From positions 1 to 39,669 of the forward strand of contig CAYMEV010000027.1 of NCBI GenBank assembly GCA_964389675.1: 39,669 bases of DNA, read 5' to 3'. The notes beneath the pieces are model-generated. The model saw nothing but the letters and a program-made list of their open reading frames with translations. It was not told the origin of the DNA and searched no databases. The position numbers and the translations under genes were made by a program. Positions 9,361 to 18,170 of the stretch are shown here, one piece after another (the first letter of the stretch is position 1; every line of letters begins with the position of its first letter). The DNA comes from an uncultured Candidatus Sumerlaeota bacterium. GTDB taxonomy: Bacteria; CAYMEV01.

Positions 9361-10215
9361 CTAAAGATATTTGGCTAAAAGCAGGCCGTATTTATCAGTA
9401 TTCAGGTCAGATTTCCCCTTAAGCTGTGTAACAATTGCATTATTGAGGCTGCTTTTGCATTTGCATTCCATATCCGGCTGATAATCTTCCATTATATTCA
9501 TTATAATATGCTTGGCTCTATGGATATTCCTGCCCAAAACAGCAAGTATGTCAACAGTTGAAGCATCGTCCTCCTCAGAATGCCAGCAGTCATAGTCAGT
9601 AATGAAATTAATACTGCAATAACACATTTCAGCCTCTTTGCAGAGTTTTGCCTCAGTAGCATTTGTCATTCCAATTACATCCACACCCCAGCTCTTGTAT
9701 AGAAAAGATTCAGCCCTGGAGCTGAAATGAGGCCCTTCAATACAGATATAGGTACCGCCTGTATGGGCTGTATAGTCAAGCCTGCCAAGGAGCGTCTGAA
9801 GGTAGGAGATCATATTGCTGCATACAGGATCTGCAGCTGAAGTATGCACAGTGATCCCGTCATCAAAAAAGGTGTTTTTCCTTCCCCTGGTAAAATCCAG
9901 AAACTGATCCGGTATGACAATATGCTCGATCTTAAGCTTTAATTTCATGGAGCCTACGGCACTGATAGAAAAAAGGTCGCTGACACCAAGCTTTTTAAAT
10001 CCCCAGATATTTGCCCTGAAATTAACGTTTGAAGGATTAAACTGATGCTTTTTCCCGTGACGGGGCAGAAAAACGAACTCCCTGTCCCTGAATCTGCCTA
10101 TCAGGTATTCACTGCTGGGGTCGCCGAAGGGTGTTTTGAGAGATATAACCTTCTTTTCCTGAAAACCCTCAAAATCATAAAACCCTGACCCGCCTATAAA
10201 ACCTATTCTACCCAT
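9361..10215 (-). CDS. mtnP: S-methyl-5'-thioadenosine phosphorylase (MTAP family)
   Basis: Motifs IGFIGGSG, TPFGDPS, FLPRHG, NFRANIW, SAVGSM, IEGPHFSSRAES, IGMTNATEAKL and TDYDCW. Confidence 0.93.
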   Translation of the reverse strand: MGRIGFIGGSGFYDFEGFQEKKVISLKTPFGDPSSEYLIGRFRDREFVFLPRHGKKHQFNPSNVNFRANIWGFKKLGVSDLFSISAVGSMKLKLKIEHIVIPDQFLDFTRGRKNTFFDDGITVHTSAADPVCSNMISYLQTLLGRLDYTAHTGGTYICIEGPHFSSRAESFLYKSWGVDVIGMTNATEAKLCKEAEMCYCSINFITDYDCWHSEEDDASTVDILAVLGRNIHRAKHIIMNIMEDYQPDMECKCKSSLNNAIVTQLKGKSDLNTDKYGLLLAKYL

Positions 10216-10225
10216 CTATATACCC

Positions 10226-10690
10226 CTACTCCAGGCTGTCCAGGACAGCCTGTATATCACTCCTGACGTCCTCCTGGTCCGGGTCCAGTTCCAGAGACTG
10301 TTTCCAGATTGATATTGCATCATCATAATCGCTTCTCAGCGCATATAATGCGCCAAGATTATTCAGGGCATTTATGTAGTCCGGGTTTATTTCAAGCGCC
10401 TTCTGGAAATAATATATCGCATCTTCAAGAAGGACCTGCTCATCAGCAGCATCCTCCCAAAGCTCAAGGTGTTCTTTGTCTTTCATAAGCATAACCTTAA
10501 ACAAAAATCCCAGGTCATAATATATTATTGCATCATCCGGATAGAGACTGCTTGCCTTCTCAAAAATTTCCTGAGCCTTTTTATATTCATTTATCTCAGC
10601 ATAGGCTATGCCCAGTTCGACCAAAGCATCTCTGTCTTCGGGATAATCCCTCAGAAAGTTCTCTAATTCCTTTATGTCTCTGAGTTCCAT
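10226..10690 (-). CDS. Small tetratricopeptide repeat protein
   Basis: TPR consensus segments ALVELGIAYAEINEYKKAQEIFEKASSLYP and ALNNLGALYALRSDYDDAISIWKQSLELDP. Confidence 0.88.
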   Translation of the reverse strand: MELRDIKELENFLRDYPEDRDALVELGIAYAEINEYKKAQEIFEKASSLYPDDAIIYYDLGFLFKVMLMKDKEHLELWEDAADEQVLLEDAIYYFQKALEINPDYINALNNLGALYALRSDYDDAISIWKQSLELDPDQEDVRSDIQAVLDSLE

Positions 10691-11995
10691 TTACTTTTTC
10701 TCCTTCTCATTATTTATAAGATTTTTAAACCTCTCCAAAGACTCGATAATTTCTTCAACCGTCATCCTTTCTGTAATGTCAAATTCACTGTTATTCTTTG
10801 GTTCAATCAATCCATAATAATCCATAACCTTAATAATATCAAAATAAATATGATATTTTGATATATCTCTGTACCTGTTCTTAGGAGGCTGTGAAAGTAT
10901 TGGACCAGTTTCAAGGCAGGCCTTTGACAGATTGAAGAGGACTGAAGACAAGATCCCTTTTGTAACCGGTTTGGATGGCTCGAACTGCCTTTTCTGATTT
11001 ATATTCATCACTCCCCTGAATACCAGAAACTCTATATACTTTTTATATGGATTCCCATCAATATCTGTTATGATCATATACTCCAGATCAATTCCTGACA
11101 GTATTTCATACAGGCCATAGTAAACGAGTACTGCAAGCTCATCATTCCTGACATATTCATTAAATCTGATACTCTTTATAAGCGAGTCAAGTATACTGCT
11201 TTTTTCAGTTTTTATTTTTAGCTCATCATACCGTTCCCTGGCTGATGTATTATATGGATATAATTCCAGTATCTTTTCATATGCCTTCAAGGATCCGGCA
11301 TAATCTCCCTCAAGAAACAGAAGCCCGGCATATAATTCAAGATCATGTTCGTTTTCATCATTAACAGCAAGAAGTTTTTCCATAATACCCAGGCTTTCGC
11401 TGTAATTCTCCTGCTCATAGTAAATATTGGCCTTGAACCTGTATGCATAATCACAGCCGGGGTTTATGTCAATAATCATATCCAGGTACCTGTGCGCACC
11501 TTCATAATTCTGATTATTCCAGTTTTCCTCTGCTTTTCTGTAAAGGCTGATGCAGTACAGCTCAAGAGACTGCTCCATTATCTCCCTGTGTTTTTTGTCC
11601 CCTGTCAATAGATAAAGGCTTTTTGATATTTTATACCCGAGTTCCCTGTCATATTCCTTATCCATTATAATATTAAAGGAGATCTCCAGAAATTCTTCAT
11701 CTGAGCTGCATTCAGGATAATTCAGCTCTATATCATCAAATGCATCTTCAAACATACCCAGTTTTGAATAGATTGTAAGCCTCCTGCTGTGAAGCGGGCA
11801 GTCAGACGGTGAAAATTCTATTAATTCATTGACGATCTCCAGCGCTTTCTTCCAGTTCTGAAGCCTCATCTCTCTTTCAAGCGATGTCAGCGCTTTCTGC
11901 TTTGAGCTTTCATCATACACCTTTATGCCTGAACAGGAATAAAGTAAAAAAAGGAACATGTACAGGAAAACCAGATAAAGATTTTTCATTTTCAT
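10691..11995 (-). CDS. Lipoprotein with TPR repeats and C-terminal SLH-like domains
   Basis: Lipobox LLYSC, several TPRs, and SLH-like TDIDGNPYKKYIEFLVFRGVM..FEPSKPVT and RDISKYHIYFDIIKVMDYYGLI..FDITERMT. ATG 11995 forms an ATGA overlap with the miaA stop. Confidence 0.8.
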   Translation of the reverse strand: MKMKNLYLVFLYMFLFLLYSCSGIKVYDESSKQKALTSLEREMRLQNWKKALEIVNELIEFSPSDCPLHSRRLTIYSKLGMFEDAFDDIELNYPECSSDEEFLEISFNIIMDKEYDRELGYKISKSLYLLTGDKKHREIMEQSLELYCISLYRKAEENWNNQNYEGAHRYLDMIIDINPGCDYAYRFKANIYYEQENYSESLGIMEKLLAVNDENEHDLELYAGLLFLEGDYAGSLKAYEKILELYPYNTSARERYDELKIKTEKSSILDSLIKSIRFNEYVRNDELAVLVYYGLYEILSGIDLEYMIITDIDGNPYKKYIEFLVFRGVMNINQKRQFEPSKPVTKGILSSVLFNLSKACLETGPILSQPPKNRYRDISKYHIYFDIIKVMDYYGLIEPKNNSEFDITERMTVEEIIESLERFKNLINNEKEKK

Positions 11996-12900
11996 TGCCA
12001 ATCTCCGTCAAATTCTTTTATACTGGATAAAATATCATCCGGGCCCTTTATATGGACCTTGTTTTTTAGCTTTCTGAACCAGATAATCTGTCTTTTTGCA
12101 AAATTTCTCGTATTTTGCTTGATCAATTCAGAGGCCCTTTCAATGCCGAATTTCCCGTTCAGCATGTCTATGATCTCTGAATAGCCTATGGTATTCATTG
12201 AAGGAAGTGTTTTATCATAACCGAGCGAAAGCAATTTTTCAACCTCCGGGACTAAACCTGAATTTATCATCTTATCAACTCTGCTTTCAATCATTGAATA
12301 TATAAGGCTTCTTTCTTTTTCAACATAAAAGAGCAGATATGGCATATCTATTGCTACAGAAGGATTCTGAAGAAAATATTCAGAGGGGGGGCGGTCAACG
12401 GTATAGAATATTTCGAAAAACCTCCTTATCCTGTAGCTGTCATTTGGTGATATCTTTTTTGCATATGCCGGGTCTATCTCCTCTATTTCTCTGTACAGCA
12501 TGCTGCTGTTCAAGCTTCTGCATTTATTGCTTACAAATGACCTGGTTTTCATGCTGACATCCGGGAGAGGAGACAGCCCATGGATATAAGCGTTTATATA
12601 GAAACCCGATCCTCCTGCCAGGATGACATTGCTTTTCCTGGACTGTATCTTTTTCGTAAGATCTCTTGCCATGGTGACATATCTTGTCACATTAAAATAT
12701 TCATCAGGATATATTATATCAAACAGATGGTGCTTTGCACGTTTCAGCTGGTAGCTGTCCGGCTTTGCTGTACCTATATCCATCAGCTTATAGATCTGCC
12801 TTGAATCACAATTAATAATCTCAGCACGGATATGCTGTGCAAGGCTTATAGACAGATCTGTCTTGCCGCTGGATGTGGGCCCGGCAATAATTATTATCAT
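11992..12900 (-). CDS. miaA: tRNA dimethylallyltransferase
   Basis: Motifs GPTSSGKT, DSRQIYKLMDIGTAKP, GGSGFY, TIGYSE and TRNFAKRQ. Conserved mutL-miaA order. Confidence 0.97.
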   Translation of the reverse strand: MIIIIAGPTSSGKTDLSISLAQHIRAEIINCDSRQIYKLMDIGTAKPDSYQLKRAKHHLFDIIYPDEYFNVTRYVTMARDLTKKIQSRKSNVILAGGSGFYINAYIHGLSPLPDVSMKTRSFVSNKCRSLNSSMLYREIEEIDPAYAKKISPNDSYRIRRFFEIFYTVDRPPSEYFLQNPSVAIDMPYLLFYVEKERSLIYSMIESRVDKMINSGLVPEVEKLLSLGYDKTLPSMNTIGYSEIIDMLNGKFGIERASELIKQNTRNFAKRQIIWFRKLKNKVHIKGPDDILSSIKEFDGDWQ

Positions 12901-14636
12901 TGCCTTCTCCTGAATAGCTGTTCTATGGCTTTTTTATCGAGCTGTACAAATATCGGCCTGTTATGGGGACATTTTGGTTTCTTAATGCTGTACAGAATAC
13001 TGCTTAAGAATTTCTGGCGTTCATATGTAAGTTCATAATTTGCCCTTAAGCTTGTATGACATGCGATACCTGACAGTACACCGCTTATATGCTTTTCAAT
13101 ATCAGCATTTTCCAGCTCTTTCAGGCTGTTTATGAGTTCTATGATTATCATGTTTATATTGCCGTTTTTCAGTATGAAGGGAATCTTCCTTACGATAATA
13201 TCCTTTTTTGAAAAAATTGATATATCGAACCCGAGCTTGCTTATCATATCATGAAATCTTTGTGCAATTTCAGTATTCTCAATTCCGATCTCAATTACCA
13301 GTGGCGATAAAAAGCCATACATTGCCGGCTTTTGGCTTTTATAATTCTCCATAAGCATTTCATATCTATATTCTTCATACATGGCATGCTGGTCAATAAT
13401 ATAGATGGCATCCTGATGTTCAGCAATTATATATGACCCGAAAGCCTGTCCTATTACTTTTATTTCGCTTTCTGCTAAAGATCCCTGTTCCCTCAGCCCT
13501 GTCCCGGGGTCATCATCCTTCACAGGGAAGGGCCCTTTTTTATGGATGTAATTCTCCTGTGTACAATACTCAGCCCCGGCAGTCTGCATCTCTTTTGAGC
13601 TGGCTTCATCCCCTGTATCAGAGCTTCTGTTCATGAATGATAAATTATAATAATGCCTGCTGAACATCCTTTTATAGGATTCCTTGATAAAGGCAATAAT
13701 ATGGCTGATGTTCTCGCACCTGACTTCAAGCTTCTGAGGATGTGCATTTACGTCAATTTCCTGAGGGTCTATGTCTAAGAACAGGATATAGAAGGGATGC
13801 TCATTTTTTGTATATGATGATGCATTAAGCTCTTTCATAATATACATCAGCAGCGGAACTTTTACATATCTTTTATTTATGAAGATATAGCTCGGTTGCG
13901 CCCTTCTGGAAGCTGCCTTTTCCTTTGGGAGTATAAGTGATATTCTCTTGCCTTCCTTCTGGATCACATCATATATGATGTCATTTTCATCAATATCGAG
14001 AACCTCCTGTATTCTTCCTGTTAAGCTGTCAGTTCCAGGATAAAAGAATACTTCCTTCATGTCAGATATAAGCTGAAAACTGGATTTGTAGAAAGGCAGG
14101 CATAATGGCCTGAAAATTGAATAGATCTGGGTTCTTTCACGGTATGATGACTTAAGGAATTTTCTTCTTGCAGGTATCTTCTGGAACAGATCTGAAACCT
14201 CAACTGCAGTTCCACGGTTAAATGGCACCTTCTCATTTGAAATGAGCCTGCCAAAATCATAACAGATCCTGGTGCCTGATTCTTCTTCATCCGTTTTAGT
14301 GGTCATAATACAGCGGGAGCAGATAGCTATTGAAGCCAGGGCCTCCCCCCTGAAACCATAGCTGCTGATATTGTGAATATCCTCCATCCTGGTGATTTTT
14401 GATGTCGAATGCCTGTAAAATGCTGTCTGAACATCATCTGACTGAATGCCTGTACCATTATCGCTGACCTTAATAAGATTCTTTCCGCCATCCCTTATTT
14501 CAACAAGTATATCATCAGCACCTGCATCAATGGAATTTTCCATCAGTTCCTTCACTACTGAAGCAGGCCTTTCAATGACTTCCCCGGCCTTGATATGATT
14601 TATTACCGAATCTGACAGCATTTTTATCCTGTTCAT
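12897..14636 (-). CDS. mutL: DNA mismatch repair endonuclease MutL
   Basis: Motifs IKAGEVIERPASVVKELMENSIDAGA, SYGFRGEALASI and DVNAHPQK. C-terminal DQHAxxExxxxE, ACH and CPHxRP. Confidence 0.97.
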   Translation of the reverse strand: MNRIKMLSDSVINHIKAGEVIERPASVVKELMENSIDAGADDILVEIRDGGKNLIKVSDNGTGIQSDDVQTAFYRHSTSKITRMEDIHNISSYGFRGEALASIAICSRCIMTTKTDEEESGTRICYDFGRLISNEKVPFNRGTAVEVSDLFQKIPARRKFLKSSYRERTQIYSIFRPLCLPFYKSSFQLISDMKEVFFYPGTDSLTGRIQEVLDIDENDIIYDVIQKEGKRISLILPKEKAASRRAQPSYIFINKRYVKVPLLMYIMKELNASSYTKNEHPFYILFLDIDPQEIDVNAHPQKLEVRCENISHIIAFIKESYKRMFSRHYYNLSFMNRSSDTGDEASSKEMQTAGAEYCTQENYIHKKGPFPVKDDDPGTGLREQGSLAESEIKVIGQAFGSYIIAEHQDAIYIIDQHAMYEEYRYEMLMENYKSQKPAMYGFLSPLVIEIGIENTEIAQRFHDMISKLGFDISIFSKKDIIVRKIPFILKNGNINMIIIELINSLKELENADIEKHISGVLSGIACHTSLRANYELTYERQKFLSSILYSIKKPKCPHNRPIFVQLDKKAIEQLFRRRQ

Positions 14637-15109
14637 GACTGCCTCTTTCTCATTCTCATTCTGAAGAAAAGCATTATGGCCCGGTAGCTGATAAGTGCCG
14701 CGAATAATCCGAATATCATGCAGCCTGTAAAGAGGGCAATGAAGCTTGACATGACCATGTCAAGGCTTATTGAGCCAAAAAGCCTGTCAAAATCACCCCT
14801 GACAAGAAAATGCAGGGCATCGCCTATTTCACGCGATCCTATCCCCCCTCCTGTAATGCCTTTCCCTATTATATAGGATACTGTATAGACAAAGGGGGCT
14901 ATAGGGGGAATATTGACAAGGGATCCGGTAATGCATGCAAGGTGATTTAATTTAAAAATTACAGATACAAGAATGACGATCCAGAAGTGTATCCCGTAAA
15001 ATGGCGTCATTGTAATAAAAACACCTATAGAAAAGGCTAATGCAATCGAATGGGGATTTGCATCCAGATTTAATAATGCCTTTAAATTTTCCTTCAGTTT
15101 CTGATACAA
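14633..15109 (-). CDS. DUF2062 family membrane protein
   Basis: PHSIALAFSIGVFITMTPFYGIH..GSLVNIPP pattern with hydrophobic helices. TTG start. Confidence 0.8.
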   Translation of the reverse strand: MYQKLKENLKALLNLDANPHSIALAFSIGVFITMTPFYGIHFWIVILVSVIFKLNHLACITGSLVNIPPIAPFVYTVSYIIGKGITGGGIGSREIGDALHFLVRGDFDRLFGSISLDMVMSSFIALFTGCMIFGLFAALISYRAIMLFFRMRMRKRQS

Positions 15110-15183
15110 TAAAATATGCCTTTAATTTCTTGAGTTTGCTATTATAATATACATTATAAAATTGTAAATCAAAGGTAATTTTA

Positions 15184-15972
15184 ATGGAAGGCTCAGACAG
15201 GGTCAAAATAGGAACATCAGGCTACTATTACAAGGATTGGGGCAAGGAATTTTATCCTGCCTCACTGCCGGCTGATCAAAGAATAGTATTCTACAGCAGT
15301 TATTTTGATATTCTTGAGCTAAATTATACATACTATCGCCTGCCTGAAGAAAAAATTTCCAAAAACTTTATAAGGCATACCGGACAGAAGGTAAAGGTAT
15401 CTGTCAAAGCAACAAATATCTTTACTCATACAGGAACCTACAGCCCGTCTGATGCAAAATACTTCATAAATGCTGTCAGCCCGTTTGCAGAATACAGCCT
15501 GCTTATAGGGATACTTTTTCAGTTTCCATATTCCTTCGGATACAGCAGGGAGAACATGGAATACCTGAACAGGCTGAGGCTGGTTTTTAAGGATTTCCTT
15601 TTTTATGCTGAGTTTCGAAATAATAACTGGTTTAATAAAGAGAATTACAAAAGCTTTTCTGATAAAAATATTCTGTTGTGCTCCACTGATTATCCGCTCA
15701 TCAAAGGCCTGCCTGATTCATCCCCCCATTTAACTGGAAAATATGGATATATAAGATTCCATGGAAGGAATGCCGAAAAGTGGTATGGCCACAAACATGC
15801 ATATCAAAGATATAACTACAGCTACAGCACCCAGGAGCTGGCAGAATGGATCCCGAAGATATCAAGGGTTGCCAGGGCTTCAAAGGAAACATATATATTT
15901 TTCAATAACCATTATAATGCAAATGCAGTTAAAAACGCAATAATGCTCAAAGAACTGATAAATAAATATTGA
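15184..15972 (+). CDS. DUF72 (YecE-like) TIM-barrel protein
   Basis: Motifs IGTSGYYYKDW..FYP, ELNYTYY, LFQFPYSF, EFRNNNW, YIRFHGRN, RYNYSYS and FFNNH. Confidence 0.92.
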   Translation: MEGSDRVKIGTSGYYYKDWGKEFYPASLPADQRIVFYSSYFDILELNYTYYRLPEEKISKNFIRHTGQKVKVSVKATNIFTHTGTYSPSDAKYFINAVSPFAEYSLLIGILFQFPYSFGYSRENMEYLNRLRLVFKDFLFYAEFRNNNWFNKENYKSFSDKNILLCSTDYPLIKGLPDSSPHLTGKYGYIRFHGRNAEKWYGHKHAYQRYNYSYSTQELAEWIPKISRVARASKETYIFFNNHYNANAVKNAIMLKELINKY

Positions 15973-15996
15973 ATAATTTACAATTTAATATAATAT
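15969..15996 (+). promoter_or_regulatory. Putative sigma70 promoter for the CheW-like/romR-like pair
   Basis: TTGAAT-N16-TAATAT, ending 7 nt before ATG 16004. An overlapping TATAAT lies at 15989-15994. Confidence 0.4.
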
Positions 15997-16003
15997 TACA
16001 GGA

Positions 16004-16366
16004 ATGGGAGAGGAATATAAGAGCATCATTCTATTAAGGATAAAAACATTCAGGATAGCTCTTCCTCTTGAGTTATGCAAATCTGTAGAGGTATTTGAAA
16101 CAGGGGAGGATTCAGGCAGGGATATGACAGATATTACAAAAACCCGTCTTGGATTTGAAAACTTTCATTTTGCGAATTATCTAAGGCTTGATGATGACAT
16201 AATAATCTCCTTCAGTACATTTGAAGGCATTATAAATTTACATAAAAATTATATTGAAATACCCCAGGATATATTCTATAATAAAGACATATATTTTACT
16301 TGTTTAATTTATCATGAGGATGATAATGAATACTATGCATTATTGAGGTATTCCTTGTCAAATTAA
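16004..16366 (+). CDS. Small protein, probable degenerate CheW-like domain
   Basis: The N-terminus IILLRIKTFRIALPLELCKSVE resembles the CheW start. The protein is beta-rich, 120 aa, and lies directly upstream of a RomR-like gene. Confidence 0.5.
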   Translation: MGEEYKSIILLRIKTFRIALPLELCKSVEVFETGEDSGRDMTDITKTRLGFENFHFANYLRLDDDIIISFSTFEGIINLHKNYIEIPQDIFYNKDIYFTCLIYHEDDNEYYALLRYSLSN

Positions 16367-16377
16367 GGAGGACAGAA

Positions 16378-18147
16378 GTGTATAATATTTTATTAGTGGA
16401 TGACAGTAAAACGATTCAAAAGGTCGTTGAACTTACCGTAAAGGATATTGAGGGAATTGATATTTTTCTTGCCTCTGATTCTGCACAGGCTTTTGAATTA
16501 GCGGAAAAATATCCAATGGACCTTTTGTTTCTCGACGTAAACCTCCCGGACAATAATGGCTATGATATACTGAAAGAACTCAGGAAGAAGGATGAATATG
16601 CAGATGTTCCCATTTATCTGATCTGGGGGACTTTTGAGAATTTTGACCCTGCTCTTGCAAATTCATGCGGAGCAAGTGGCTTTTTCAGGAAACCTTTTGA
16701 ATCTGAGTTTTTTTTAAATATAATTGATTTCGCAAAAAAAGGCAGTGCAATCCTAAGCTCCAAAGAAATAAACAATATTACGGTGGATGAATGGGGCCAG
16801 ATGCTCCATGATAGTGAAAAACCCGTTGAAGAGGCTGAAGAGACCCTTTTTGACGAACCAATCTCAAAATATGATCATGTTGATGATGCCCGGCCGCAGG
16901 ATGACCAGGAAGATGAATTTCTGTTTGAAGAGGAAGAGATTGACCAGGAGGAACTGGATTTTGTCCAGGAAGATGACTTCCTGTTTGAAGACCATGATCA
17001 GAAGAATGAGGGAGAGATTCAGGATGATGAAGTTGCTGTAATCTCTGATGTAGACAAGAGTGAAGAGCCCTTTTTTACAGATTCGGACATTCCTGTTGAA
17101 GCAGAGGAAGAAGTATCCCAGGAAGAGGAAATTGAAGAGTATGACAATCAGGGTGATATGGAGATCAAAAAGGATGAAACGGTTGAACTGGATGAGGAAG
17201 AGCTTTCAAAGATAAAAAAGGTTACCCCGGCCGCTGAGCAGCTGGAGGCAGAAGAGGAAGAAGAGGCCGAAGAGGAAGAAGATGAAGGCCTGCTCATAGT
17301 CGATGAGACAGAGGAGCCAAGCAGTGATGATGTAACATCTGAGGAAATGGAAGGAGTCCTTGAGGAAGAGGAGGAGGAAATCCTTGAACTGACCCCGATT
17401 GATGCAAATAAGGATATTTCAGAGAAAAACAGGGATATGCTGAGCGAGGATTATGAACCGAAAGAAGAACCGAGCCTTGAATCCTACATGGAAGATGAAG
17501 AAGAACCCGGGGAACATGAATATAAAGAGGACGCTGAAACTGAAGAGATCGTATCAGGCAAAACCGCTGAAACTGAAACAGCCGTAGGCAGCAAAGCAGC
17601 AAAAAAAGATGAGGAACCCTTTGAAGAGGCGGAAGAGAGCCTTGAAGATACCATTGAATTCCTGCCAGGAACAAAATTCTATCCTCATAAGGATTTTGCA
17701 GGCCATGCGAATCTTCTGCACCTGGATAAGAAAGAATTTGCAAAAGAGATTGCTGAGCTTAAACAGGAGTTCACTGCAAAAATAAACTCAGTTACAGAAT
17801 CTTTTAAGGAATCAGTTGATTCTATTATTCAGGAATCCCTCAGAAAGATCCTTGAGCAGAAGGCCCAGGAGATACTCTGGGAAACAATACCTCCAATCCT
17901 GACTAATTTCCTTACAGGCCAGTTCAGGGATGAAAGCATACATGAAGCTTTTATAAACAACTTTAATGAACACCTCCAGAAGAATTTTCTCAGCCAGATA
18001 GCTGAAAAAATAGTGGATAAAATCGATATTGAAGTAATTGAAGAAAAAGCATCTAAAATACTTGAGAACATTTCCTGGGAAGTGGTTCCGGAATTATCGG
18101 AAATAATTATAAAGAATGAACTTGATAAGCTGAAAAAGGAAGAATAG
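16378..18147 (+). CDS. RomR-like response regulator (receiver, acidic disordered linker, RomR-type C-terminal helix)
   Basis: Receiver LLVDDSKTIQKVV..LDVNLP..GTFENFD..KPFES and C-terminus ENISWEVVPELSEIIIKNELDKL. GTG start with SD AAGGAGG. Confidence 0.85.
   Translation: MYNILLVDDSKTIQKVVELTVKDIEGIDIFLASDSAQAFELAEKYPMDLLFLDVNLPDNNGYDILKELRKKDEYADVPIYLIWGTFENFDPALANSCGASGFFRKPFESEFFLNIIDFAKKGSAILSSKEINNITVDEWGQMLHDSEKPVEEAEETLFDEPISKYDHVDDARPQDDQEDEFLFEEEEIDQEELDFVQEDDFLFEDHDQKNEGEIQDDEVAVISDVDKSEEPFFTDSDIPVEAEEEVSQEEEIEEYDNQGDMEIKKDETVELDEEELSKIKKVTPAAEQLEAEEEEEAEEEEDEGLLIVDETEEPSSDDVTSEEMEGVLEEEEEEILELTPIDANKDISEKNRDMLSEDYEPKEEPSLESYMEDEEEPGEHEYKEDAETEEIVSGKTAETETAVGSKAAKKDEEPFEEAEESLEDTIEFLPGTKFYPHKDFAGHANLLHLDKKEFAKEIAELKQEFTAKINSVTESFKESVDSIIQESLRKILEQKAQEILWETIPPILTNFLTGQFRDESIHEAFINNFNEHLQKNFLSQIAEKIVDKIDIEVIEEKASKILENISWEVVPELSEIIIKNELDKLKKEE
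16905..16991 (+). repeat. Imperfect 27-nt direct repeat (period 60 nt) within the RomR-like linker
   Basis: CCAGGAAGATGAATTTCTGTTTGAAGA (16905-16931) and CCAGGAAGATGACTTCCTGTTTGAAGA (16965-16991) are 25/27 identical and encode QEDEFLFE and QEDDFLFE. Confidence 0.8.
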
Positions 18148-18170
18148 CCCGGATCCAGGCTAAGGCTTAC

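Noticed and set aside
16905..16991. Direct repeat of 27 nt with a 33-nt spacer, CRISPR-like in dimensions
   Set aside because: Only two imperfect copies, in frame inside a CDS, with no cas genes. It is a coding duplication.
17294..17743. 149-aa antisense ORF within the RomR-like gene
   Set aside because: Artefact of the GAA/GAG-rich strand lacking antisense stops. No recognisable motifs.
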